Positions 53,547 to 64,000 of a stretch of 64,000 nucleotides of DNA are shown here, in pieces. Source of the DNA: Octopus bimaculoides (Eukaryota). The first letter of the stretch is position 1. Every line of letters starts with the position of its first letter. Location of the stretch: contig NC_068990.1 in the NCBI RefSeq assembly GCF_001194135.2, forward strand, positions 2,818,733 through 2,882,732, in the 5' to 3' direction. The translations under genes and the position numbers were made by a program. The notes below the pieces were generated by a model. The model searched no databases and was not told where the DNA came from. It saw nothing but the letters and a program-made list of their open reading frames with translations.

Positions 53547-54153
53547 CGAGGGGAAGTCAAAAACTATCAGTTCTTCTACCATAACATAGTATTATTGTCA
53601 CACTGCCTTCTACGTATGCATGCTTGTATTTAGTACGATTTTGGTCACTTGATCGAAGTTTCAGCCAGATAGTGTCATCTTTCGTTCTGACTTTACAGTG
53701 TAAGCATGACCTCTCTTCTAGCAATGCGCACCAAAAAACAAAGATCAGTGATCTGAGAGATGGTCATGGTGAACCGGTTTACCATTACCATCTCTCGAAG
53801 TTCCTGAATCTTCTTGCCAGTGGTGGAAGTTGACGGGCCTCCTGTTCCCTCTTCGTGCATCATGCGTGTCTGGCCACTATTAAACTTCTCGATCCTCCGA
53901 TGATTTTCATCACCTGACATAATTTCCGACCAGAGAAATCGGATCGTTGCTTTTTGTTTTTCTTTGGTGCACATTGCTAGTCGAGCGTCCATACTTACAC
54001 TGTAAAGCCAGAAAGAAAAAATGCACAGTGAGACTGAAACTTCGATCACGTGATCAGAATATTACCAATTATAAAGACACATTCGCAAAAGGGACGTGAC
54101 AATGATAAAGATATGTTATGGTGAAAGTGCGGTTAATTCTTTACTTGCCCTCG
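53547..54153 (-). mobile_element. internally deleted mariner element with ~40-bp TIRs
   Basis: Left cgaggggaagtcaaaaact..ccataacata matches the right end rc cgagggcaagtaaagaatt..ccataacata, with TA at the right flank. The minus-strand ORF KQKATIRFLWSE..HRR..GGPSTSTT..REMVMVNR is a mariner HTH N-terminus. Confidence 0.85.
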
Positions 54154-54223
54154 TATATATATATATATATATATAAATAGTGGGGTAGTGGGCTCTTTTT
54201 CATTTCCCCTTTTTTTTCATTTT

Positions 54224-54296
<73 letters not shown>

Positions 54297-55894
54297 TTAC
54301 ATCATACATATAGGCATGCAAACATATCCACATATAGAAAAATTTATAGACACATAAAGGGAAGGAGAGCACTATGGAGGGAACACATATAGTATCCGGG
54401 TGTTTCAGAGCAACTTCTGATCCACCCTCGGCCATCATTATGTGTTTAGGAAATCAAGCATGAAAATAAAAATCAAAAATGAATATTAGAAGGAAGGAAT
54501 GATCCAAAGTTTCATAAAGAAATGAATTTGTAAATAAATACTTTAAACATATTCTTTCTTGGAAATGGGTCTCAGAATATTATTTCTTAAACTTGGCTAT
54601 GGTACATTTCTAAACTGATTACACAATTGCAATTAATTTTCTGTCCGTCCTTATGCTGTTTGACATTAAAGCAATATTGTTGAGACATTTAACATGCGAT
54701 ATTATTGATTAGCATTGTTACAGATTCTTAGGATACAAAACACGAATAGAATTACATGTTTCGCTATTATGACAATTCATGTCATGTTGAAAATTTAGTT
54801 GCGATTAGATGCTTGTTTTATTTTTTTAAACATTTTCTCTTCATTTCATATTTTGGTTTCCTTCGCACGTTCTCAGTACATGCTGTGATTGCGTTTTCTG
54901 ACCTCTTTAATTTAGATTCTTACTTTCCGTCTCACTTTCTTTCTCCCCCTTTCTTTATGTCTCACTTTCGCTCCTAATATTCTTCTGGCTCTCTCTCGTT
55001 CCCTTTTCTTTTAATTCTGGTAGTTCTCTTCTCCTGAAATATGTAATGAGGGAATTTTCAATAAATGTGTTCATACTGCCGAACAATCTTCCTATCAATC
55101 ACCATCGTTCTCTTTCTATTGTTCCCACCATTGAACCGTTGTAAATAATAGCATGTCAATCCGACTGTTTCTAAAACAAATAGCATCTGAAGCTTCTGAT
55201 TATCTTACATGCAAATTATTTCCCCATTATCGTGATGCTCGTTGTACATTTGCATTCTCTCTCCCTCAGCCAATCATCTCCATTTCGTTGTTTAGTTTTT
55301 CTCTGTAGTAATTGCTTCAATTCTATTTTCACACAGGAAACTTTGTTTCCATTCAAATTCAATAACGTCACGTAATATTTATTAGATCAGATTAGATTGC
55401 TCTTGTATCAATAACATTGAATCAATATTTGGAATAGGAGAGACGTAGAGAGGCGCTAAGAAGAGGGTAGCAATTGGCTATAAGGGTAATACTATTTCGT
55501 TTACTAAGAGTTGTTTAGGAGAAAAAAACTGAACAATGGTAGTCGATTTATTCTATGACAAAAGTAACCCTCAAATACTAATTTTGCTTCTATCATCTAT
55601 ATCGACAGCATCGAAATATGAGGCCTGCACAAAGAAAAATGGCAATAGTCACAGGGAAATTCTCACTCTATATATTTTCCTGAATTGTTTTGATTTTAGA
55701 TCTGAGCTTTGATAAATTTTGTTTTAGATTCCGAATTAAAAATAGCGGGCATATATATAGATGTATGTATACATACACACACGCATACACACATACATAC
55801 ATATATACATTCATACATGTGTACATAGACACATACACATATATATATATATATATATATCTTATATTCTACTTTTATTGTTTTCCTTTTCTTG

Positions 55895-56035
55895 CTTTCA
55901 TCATTTGACTGCGGCCATGCGGCTGCAGCGCCTTCAGTCGGACCAATCGACCCCATGTCTTATTCTTTGGAAGCCTCGGGCCGACCAAAGCCTTGTGAGT
56001 GGATTTGGTAGACGGAAACTGAAAGAAGCCCGTCA
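55895..56035. mobile_element. rearranged CORE-type SINE (3' tail and 5' body in opposite orientations)
   Basis: 55895-55976 is the rc of the SINE tail and 55972-56032 is the forward SINE body; the two share agcct at the junction. Confidence 0.8.
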
Positions 56036-56045
56036 CATATATATG

Positions 56046-56079
<34 letters not shown>

Positions 56080-56772
56080 NNNNNNNNNNNNNNNNNNNNN
56101 NNNNNNNNNNNNNNNNNNNNNNNNNNNNNNNNNNNNNNNNNNNNNNNNNNNNNNNNNNNNNNNNNNNNNNNNNNNNNNNNNNNNNNNNNNNNNNNNNNNN
56201 NNNNNNNNNNNNNNNNNNNNNNNNNNNNNNNNNNNNNNNNNNNNNNNNNNNNNNNNNNNNNNNNNNNNNNNNNNNNNNNNNNNNNNNNNNNNNNNNNNNN
56301 NNNNNNNNNNNNNNNNNNNNNNNNNNNNNNNNNNNNNNNNNNNNNNNNNNNNNNNNNNNNNNNNNNNNNNNNNNNNNNNNNNNNNNNNNNNNNNNNNNNN
56401 NNNNNNNNNNNNNNNNNNNNNNNNNNNNNNNNNNNNNNNNNNNNNNNNNNNNNNNNNNNNNNNNNNNNNNNNNNNNNNNNNNNNNNNNNNNNNNNNNNNN
56501 NNNNNNNNNNNNNNNNNNNNNNNNNNNNNNNNNNNNNNNNNNNNNNNNNNNNNNNNNNNNNNNNNNNNNNNNNNNNNNNNNNNNNNNNNNNNNNNNNNNN
56601 NNNNNNNNNNNNNNNNNNNNNNNNNNNNNNNNNNNNNNNNNNNNNNNNNNNNNNNNNNNNNNNNNNNNNNNNNNNNNNNNNNNNNNNNNNNNNNNNNNNN
56701 NNNNNNNNNNNNNNNNNNNNNNNNNNNNNNNNNNNNNNNNNNNNNNNNNNNNNNNNNNNNNNNNNNNNNNNN

Positions 56773-59590
56773 CTGCCGCGAGGTAGGTTCATTTGGGACT
56801 CTCGACAGGAAGAAGTCCTGCTTTGATTAAAAAAACCCTACATCTACTGTGTGCAGGTTCCTCAGGCTCTTTGGGAGAATATTAAAACGCTGTGGGCCCC
56901 TGAAACCCAAACTGTTGCAGTAACTGGTCCTGAAGCGCGATGGCATTGCTGGGATCTTTGGCACTATGCAGTGTCGTCCCGTTCTAGCATTGGTGTAGCT
57001 TTGAATGCCAAAATTTAGTACAATTCCTTCCAGGATCTTCCAGATGTATATTACTGCGTACCTCTGCCGCCTTCTCTCCAGGGAGTAGAGTCTTAGCTGT
57101 TTCAGCCTTTCCCAGTAGCTGAGCAGTTGCAAAGAGACAATCTTCTTTGTGAATCTTCTCTGGATTGCTTCAAGGTCTGCTGTTAATTTCACACTGCTGG
57201 GTGACCACAGCTGTGAGCAGTAATCCAGGTGGCTGAGGACGAATGTCCTCCAGAGGATCATCATGGTTTCCTTATCTCTGGTTCTGAATGTTCTCAGGAT
57301 CCATCCAGTCAATCGTCTACACTTTGTTGCCATCCTGGTAATGTGCACTTGGAAAGAGGCATCATCACTCATGTCAATACTCAGGTCTCTCACTTATTTA
57401 GGCTCTGGGATTGAAATTCCCTGCGGACCAGTGTACTCTGTAAGTTTCATATTTAGTTTTGGGCGTTGGTAGCGCAGGGCTTGGAATTTTTCAGCATTAA
57501 ACTGCATATTATTATCCTCAGCCCATCACTAAACTGAGTCCAACTCCTGCTGCAGGTGTGCAACATCACTGGAGTTCTGTATTTTCTGCGAGACTTTCGT
57601 ATCGTCTGCGCAGCTTGCAAGAGTGGCTATCCGGGCACTTGAGGGCATGTCTGAGAGAGCGACTATAAAAAGCAATGGTCCCAAGACAGTGCCCTGTAGA
57701 ACACCGCTCATTATTTGTGTTTTCATAGAGGTGGCTCCATTAGCCACTACTGCCTGACTTCTATCTTTCAGAAAGTTATGTAACCACTCTCCAAGTTTTC
57801 CAGCTATGCCAAGATCACGGAGTTTGTGGCATATCACACCATGATCCACTTTGTCAAAAGCTTTTGCAAAATCAAGGTATATTAGGTCCACATTTGAGTT
57901 GTTGAGTAACTGCCTCAACACCCAGTCATAATGTTGTAAGAGCTGGGTCAGGCAGCTCCTACCTGGTCGAAAGCAATGTTGGGTATCACTCAGCAATTTA
58001 TTTTCTTCGAGGAATGCAATTAGTTTTCCTCTGACTATCCTTTCCATGACCTTGCTGATGTGTGAAGTCAGAGAGATAGGCCTATAGTTTTTGGCATCTG
58101 CTCTGCTTCCCCCTTTATGGATTGGGCATATTATTCCCTCCTTCAGCTTGCTTGGCAGTCTGCCGTTTGCGAGAAAGCTCTGGAAGAGGATCTGGAGGGG
58201 TTTTGCCAAGGCATGTTTACATGATTTAAGGAGGATTGCTGGGAAACCATCAGGGCCAGCAGTTGAGTTTGTGTCCACTTCATGTATAGCTAGTAGTACA
58301 TCTTCTTCGCTAATGTTAATGTATTCTCTTTTAACTGCCTCACTGCTTATAGGGGAGGTAGCAAAAACGTCCACTGGTTCGTTCACTTGTCTGTGCTCCA
58401 ATGGAGTGGTGAAGACACTTTTGAATTGCTCATTCAGTACCCCACTGATCCTAGTTGGACTGTCTGTGAGGGAACCATCCTCTTCGGAGAGGGGTCCAAT
58501 CTTGCAGCGTACTGAGGCTGTTTCTTTTGCGTAATGAAAGAAGGCCTTTGGGTTTTACTTAATGTTTTTTATAACCCAGGCTTCTTTGTCTGCTCTCTCT
58601 CTCACATAGGATTGTTGCAGCCTTTTTTCAATCTCCATCAGTGTCGTTTTTAGGCGGGACCTTTGACCATTCTTGGGATTCTGGTTGAGTCGATTTGCAA
58701 CTTTCGTCCGTCGTCTCATGAGGATCTTCCTCTTTCTTGGAATCTTGTTCCTATTTGTTTTGGCCTTGTGCTCTGGAACATATTTCTGGCATATGGCTTG
58801 CACAGTAGACATGAAACATTCTAGTTTCATGTCAATGTCTGGTGTGGAGAGACATTTTGGACAATCCTCTCTGAGGATCTCTTTCTGGATCGATTTCCAG
58901 TCCGCTTTGTGGAAGTTCAGATTGGAGAGATTGTGGGTGCTTCCTGTAGGCTGTATGTCTCTGGTTTCTTTCGGCCCGAACATAGACAGATCTATTATGT
59001 TGTGATCCGAAACTAATGTCGGCGTCACTTTCACATCATGAATGATGTCCGTATTGTTCGTGAAGCAGAGATCTAGAATGTTATTCGCTCTATATGGTCT
59101 GAGCACAGCTTGCTCCATGAATAGGGCATTGGTGAGGTTGAGCAGGCATTCCACCTGTGCTTGCTTGCGATAAGTCATGCCTGAGAGTATGAGACCTTCG
59201 GGCCATTTGACGTTGGGGAAGTTGAAATTACCCATAAGAAATATGGTCACATGGTGTTCCAGTTTCATGAGGATGTCTTTAATTCTAGTGAGGCAATCTT
59301 CAAATTTGCCTATGTGGTTTGGAGCATCCGGTGGGCAATATGTATTGCATATGACTATATTATGTTGTCTTATGTATACAATTTGGGTGTCGCATACCGA
59401 ATTTGAATATGGCAGTAAGACCTGGGGTGTGAGGTCGTCACGGACGTATACAGCAACTCCACCATGGCTCCTTTCCCTTCTGTCTGTTCGCAGTATGACA
59501 TATTTTGGTACGTGTACTTCTGCATCCTCTATATCAGGGCCGAGGTGAGTGTCCACGAGTGCTATGCATAGGGCTTGATTGCATGCGGCA
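56773..59590 (-). mobile_element. 5'-truncated CR1-group LINE ORF2 (AP endonuclease + reverse transcriptase), inactivated
   Basis: One reading frame broken by five stops. EN motifs: GGVAVYVRD, MGNFNFP, NILDLCFTNN, SDHN. RT motifs: NYRPISLTS, YLDFAKAFDKVDH, SGVLQGTVLGPLLF, SCADDTK. C-terminus: LDYCSQLWSP, LYSLERRR, GPQRFNILP. The 3' end is lost in an N-gap. Confidence 0.93.
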
Positions 59591-59866
59591 ATATATATAT
59601 ATAGGGCAATGATAAAAAAATATATCAAAATTCGAGAAAACAGTTTATGAGTGAAGATTTCTCGTGGTACGTACGCAGCTTATTCCCTTAAGAAAAGATA
59701 ACACCTAGTATCCTAACCAACTTCTGTATAAATGTAATTTTTTAACTCTAGGATTGCGTTCTAATGTCAAGATTCAAAGAACATAGAAATTATATATTTT
59801 TTAAGCATTGAAACGAAATACAGGTTTAAATGAAAACATCGTCTTATAGTTATTGTCTAAAATACC

Positions 59867-59901
<35 letters not shown>

Positions 59902-59989
59902 ATATATATATATATATATAGATATATAGATATATGCGTGTGTGTGTGTGTGTTAGTATAATTCTAGACAAATATGTATATGCATATAA

Positions 59990-60023
59990 TGCATAAATAT
60001 ATATATATATGTATATATATATA

Positions 60024-60115
<92 letters not shown>
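59990..60115 (+). repeat. long (TA)n microsatellite (one of many in the window)
   Basis: Direct reading. Confidence 0.97.
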
Positions 60116-60119
<4 letters not shown>

Positions 60120-61144
60120 CAATATATGAGTATATGCATATATATGTACATGTATGTACATACCTTCATCTATATGTACATATAGATACATATCTGGGTA
60201 CATGCTTATATATGTATAGAAATATATTTGTGTATGAGTGCGCACGTGTGGGTGCGCATGCGTATGTACGTACGTATGTTTCAGACAGTATAGGTATACA
60301 TAACTATATACGTACAAACACGTATATGCATGTGTGTATCAGTAACGACGCGCAACAGCGTCTATACTTGTGTGCGTTTGCATGTCTTTGTACATAAAAA
60401 TATATTTGTTCTAATTTGAAGAAATACTTTGTCAACTGCTTTCAGACAAAAAGTGTCAAGATAATACTGAGTGTGAAAAGTAACTCCCGTAGTGTCTTTT
60501 AGTAAACTTCTGTAATTCTTGCTGTGAGTTTATGTTTTATGGCGTCGTTTCTCACAATAAATGTATTTTGCTCTTGTAATTAAATAGAAGATCAAAAAGA
60601 TACTGGTTGAAGTATTTTATGAAAAAGAAATACGCGAATTACACGAAACGGATTTGGTACATAAAGGAAAGAAGCGCTGCTGCTTATGGAATATACATTT
60701 TATATAAATGCTCGAGCAAATTTTTACCTCAAGAAAACTACCAAAAATAAAAACACGCATTCGTGCATTATAAAATAATGTAGATACTTAATTGAAAAGA
60801 TGTATCTCTTCACAGAATACATACGAAGATAAGATACTTATTGAGAAAACGATCAAATCTGTTTAGATGTTTTAGTGCATTATCCATAGAAATGTTCATA
60901 TATAAAGAAGAAACATACATTCATATTTTTTTTTATAGTTTTACTGTCAATATGTAATTCCAAGTTTCTGCAAAGTATTCTCTGCTTCCTGTATTATGCG
61001 CCTATCTAATAGAATACTTAAAGTAGTAAAGTGGTAATTCCATACTTGTCTGTTCTTTTCTCTTGCTTTCGATTAATCTATTACATGTATATCTAAATAT
61101 TACATGCGTAAATATCATATGTATGTATATATATATATATGTGT

Positions 61145-61189
<45 letters not shown>

Positions 61190-61330
61190 NNNNNNNNNNN
61201 NNNNNNNNNNNNNNNNNNNNNNNNNNNNNNNNNNNNNNNNNNNNNNNNNNNNNNNNNNNNNNNNNNNNNNNNNNNNNNNNNNNNNNNNNNNNNNNNNNNN
61301 NNNNNNNNNNNNNNNNNNNNNNNNNNNNNN

Positions 61331-61393
<63 letters not shown>

Positions 61394-64000
61394 GGGCGGG
61401 TGCGTGCGTGTGTGTGTGTAAAATATATATACATATATATACATATGTATATGGATATATAAAATGAAAAATAAATGTATGTATACACAAACACGCACAC
61501 ACACACAAATTATAAGCCCAAACATATTCACATAAACGCGCACTTAGACAATCATATTTGTATTGAATATAGAACAGTTCTTTCAAAGATCATACGTCGC
61601 TCTAGTTTTAAGTTCTTTTCCTATAGATTTTCATTTCCCTAATAAGTTTCTATGTTGGACTTCAGGTAATCTGTCCACTTAATCTGAAATAATAAAGTTC
61701 GTAAAGCCATTGTAATAGTTTCTTAGTGTCATTATTTGAAAGAAATAGTTGAGTGTTCGCGCATTGCAGTTAGTCGCAAAAGATCATGTCTATGCCATTA
61801 CCACGAATTTCAAATCCATTCAGTAAATTTCCTTAATTTAAAATCTCTTAGTTTGTTTTACATGTGCTACACCAATATGTTGTATATTATTTGTAATGTT
61901 CTGTCAGTAAATCTTTCATTTTCATTTTCTTGTGTAGTAGCCAACAGGTGTGTAACTCTCAATGAGTTTAAGTTTACATCCATATGCATATGAAGAGTAG
62001 ATTCCGTGAGTTCAGCATAATCAATATTCATGCTGCAACGAAGAGGAAGGCAGCCGATTCAATGCATTGTATGTGAGTAGGGAGCAAGTTGGGGCGAGCA
62101 AATCATCTTCATCCGTCTTCAACCACTTCATCCGTCTTCAACCACTTCATCCGTCTCCAGCTCCATATATCTTGACTTAGCGTAGCCACTGAATTGAAGA
62201 TGGTCAGAGAAGAAAGACTGAGGCTGGTGGTGTGCAGCTCAGGTTCACCTTAAACAAAATCACTCTGCAAGTCTTGTATCATCTCCAGGAACACTTGATA
62301 ATCATCGTCAATCCGACAGTCGAACATGATCGAGTATAGGGGTATGGCGCTGCCTATTATTATTTGCCTTACAAATTCTAATTTTTTATGTTATATTATA
62401 ATGTACTGCACTAGCATTAAATGTAACAGGCTGCTTCGAGAAGTTTCCAAATGATCTCTTTACAAATTTTGCATGGCAAAAGTCCTATGGCTTGCAAGTT
62501 TATACTCTTCAATTGAAGAATGTTATTTTTGTACTATATACAAAATATGAATTCGCGGTGAGGAATGACAGGCAATGTACAAGTCTTCTGAGAAGGGCAA
62601 CCAGATTACACATTTTTTTGCTTTTATATATCTTTGTGCTTTGTGTATTTATGCTGGCTACTTTGTCTGATGTAACTATGTTGATTGACCTGTATCGATA
62701 GTGTACTACACAACCTCAGCTAATATAATACAAAACTCGTTAAAATGTAATTTTATAACTTATACTCTACATCTTTGGAGATCGTCATCATCGCAGTGAA
62801 TGAACAGGAATTTGCTTTGTTTATTCTCTACTAATTTATGCGTTTTATGACATTCTTTATGCCCTTTATTTATTTTTAAGAATGGGTTGATAAAGTAGTC
62901 TGAATTTATTATTGTGCTTGACATTAACGGTTTACGAATAGCAAAGGAGATGACAAAAGTTATCAATAAGATACAAATTATGGAAAGTACTTGTAGTTTA
63001 GTTTACCATAGAAATGTTTATAAACGACGGCCAAAAGTCTATCGGATATTGGAATTCTCCCTTTCATCTCTATGTGTATATATATATATATATATATATG
63101 TGTGTACGTGTACACATATATGTACATATAAATATATATATATATATATATATACATATATGTACATATGTATATATGTATATNNNNNNNNNNNNNNNNN
63201 NNNNNNNNNNNNNNNNNNNNNNNNNNNNNNNNNNNNNNNNNNNNNNNNNNNNNNNNNNNNNNNNNNNNNNNNNNNNNNNNNNNNNNNNNNNNNNNNNNNN
63301 NNNNNNNNNNNNNNNNNNNNNNNNNNNNNNNTATATATATATACATATATATATATGTCTGTATGCATATGCATACACACACACGTACACATGTGTGCGT
63401 TTGTGTGTGTGTGTGTGTGTGTGTGTTTGTGTGTGTATTCGTGCAATTGAAGATTGCATCATTCCATATGTAACTCTGAAGTATGCTTTGGCTACCATGA
63501 ATAATATCATGAGTAAATATGAAATAGAATATGATAATTATGATTGAACTTTTATCTAAACTTGCCTTCTTCTTTGCCTTTATTTCTTTCGCACGGTAAT
63601 CTTCGTTCCTTTACTTGCTTATTATATATTTGTTAATGAAATTTTGCAAATATCCATTCATTCCTTTTCCGTAGTGTACATTACGATTCTGTAGCTGACA
63701 TTAAATTAATTCTGAGAAGAGTTTTAGACATTTTAACATTTCTGATGTTGTTTCCTCATAATTCTTGTTAAAATGGATACTTTTAAATAGCATTTCGCAG
63801 AAATAAATTCCCGAGAATGTATATTAAATAATGTTGATATTTCAAACACATAAACTTTAATGAAGGCCAAAAAATACTATTAAAGTTTCACAGGTAGTAA
63901 TGGAATTCAGGATGCACTAGATGACGGTCGAAAACTCCTTATTTAAGTTTAAAAACCAAAATGTTGTGGTGAACCAAACGGGAGTTATAACTATTTCTTT

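Noticed and set aside
22733-63547. Long ORFs in the track containing X runs (e.g. 22733-23513, 25437-26313, 29937-30893, 37786-38476, 47462-48643, 55761-56826)
   Set aside because: They are open only because N-gaps contain no stop codons.

Overview
This is eukaryotic, AT-rich, repeat-dense draft-assembly DNA. It has many (TA)n/(CA)n/(AAT)n microsatellites and many N-gaps, most flanked by dinucleotide repeats. I found no prokaryotic genes, CRISPR arrays or rRNA, and most ORFs in the track are microsatellite or N artefacts. The SINE families resemble, from memory, those of octopus, so a coleoid cephalopod source is an inference, not a verified fact. Recognisable coding sequence is almost all decayed transposon: (1) several R4/Dong-type restriction-like-endonuclease LINE fragments next to (TAA)n tracts; (2) a ~2.8 kb frameshift-free but dead CR1-group LINE (APE+RT); (3) an RTE-type RT fragment; (4) five Tc1/mariner remnants; (5) a Helitron Rep fragment; (6) about ten tRNA-derived SINE copies or fragments. 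By hand I found short + strand exon candidates with canonical splice sites and compatible phases (3488-11931, with weaker candidates out to ~43.2 kb). They may belong to one unidentified host gene. The most notable structural signal is a set of fold-back/inverted-repeat elements and a SINE with a twin-priming-like 5' inversion. I did not find a clearly novel biological system.
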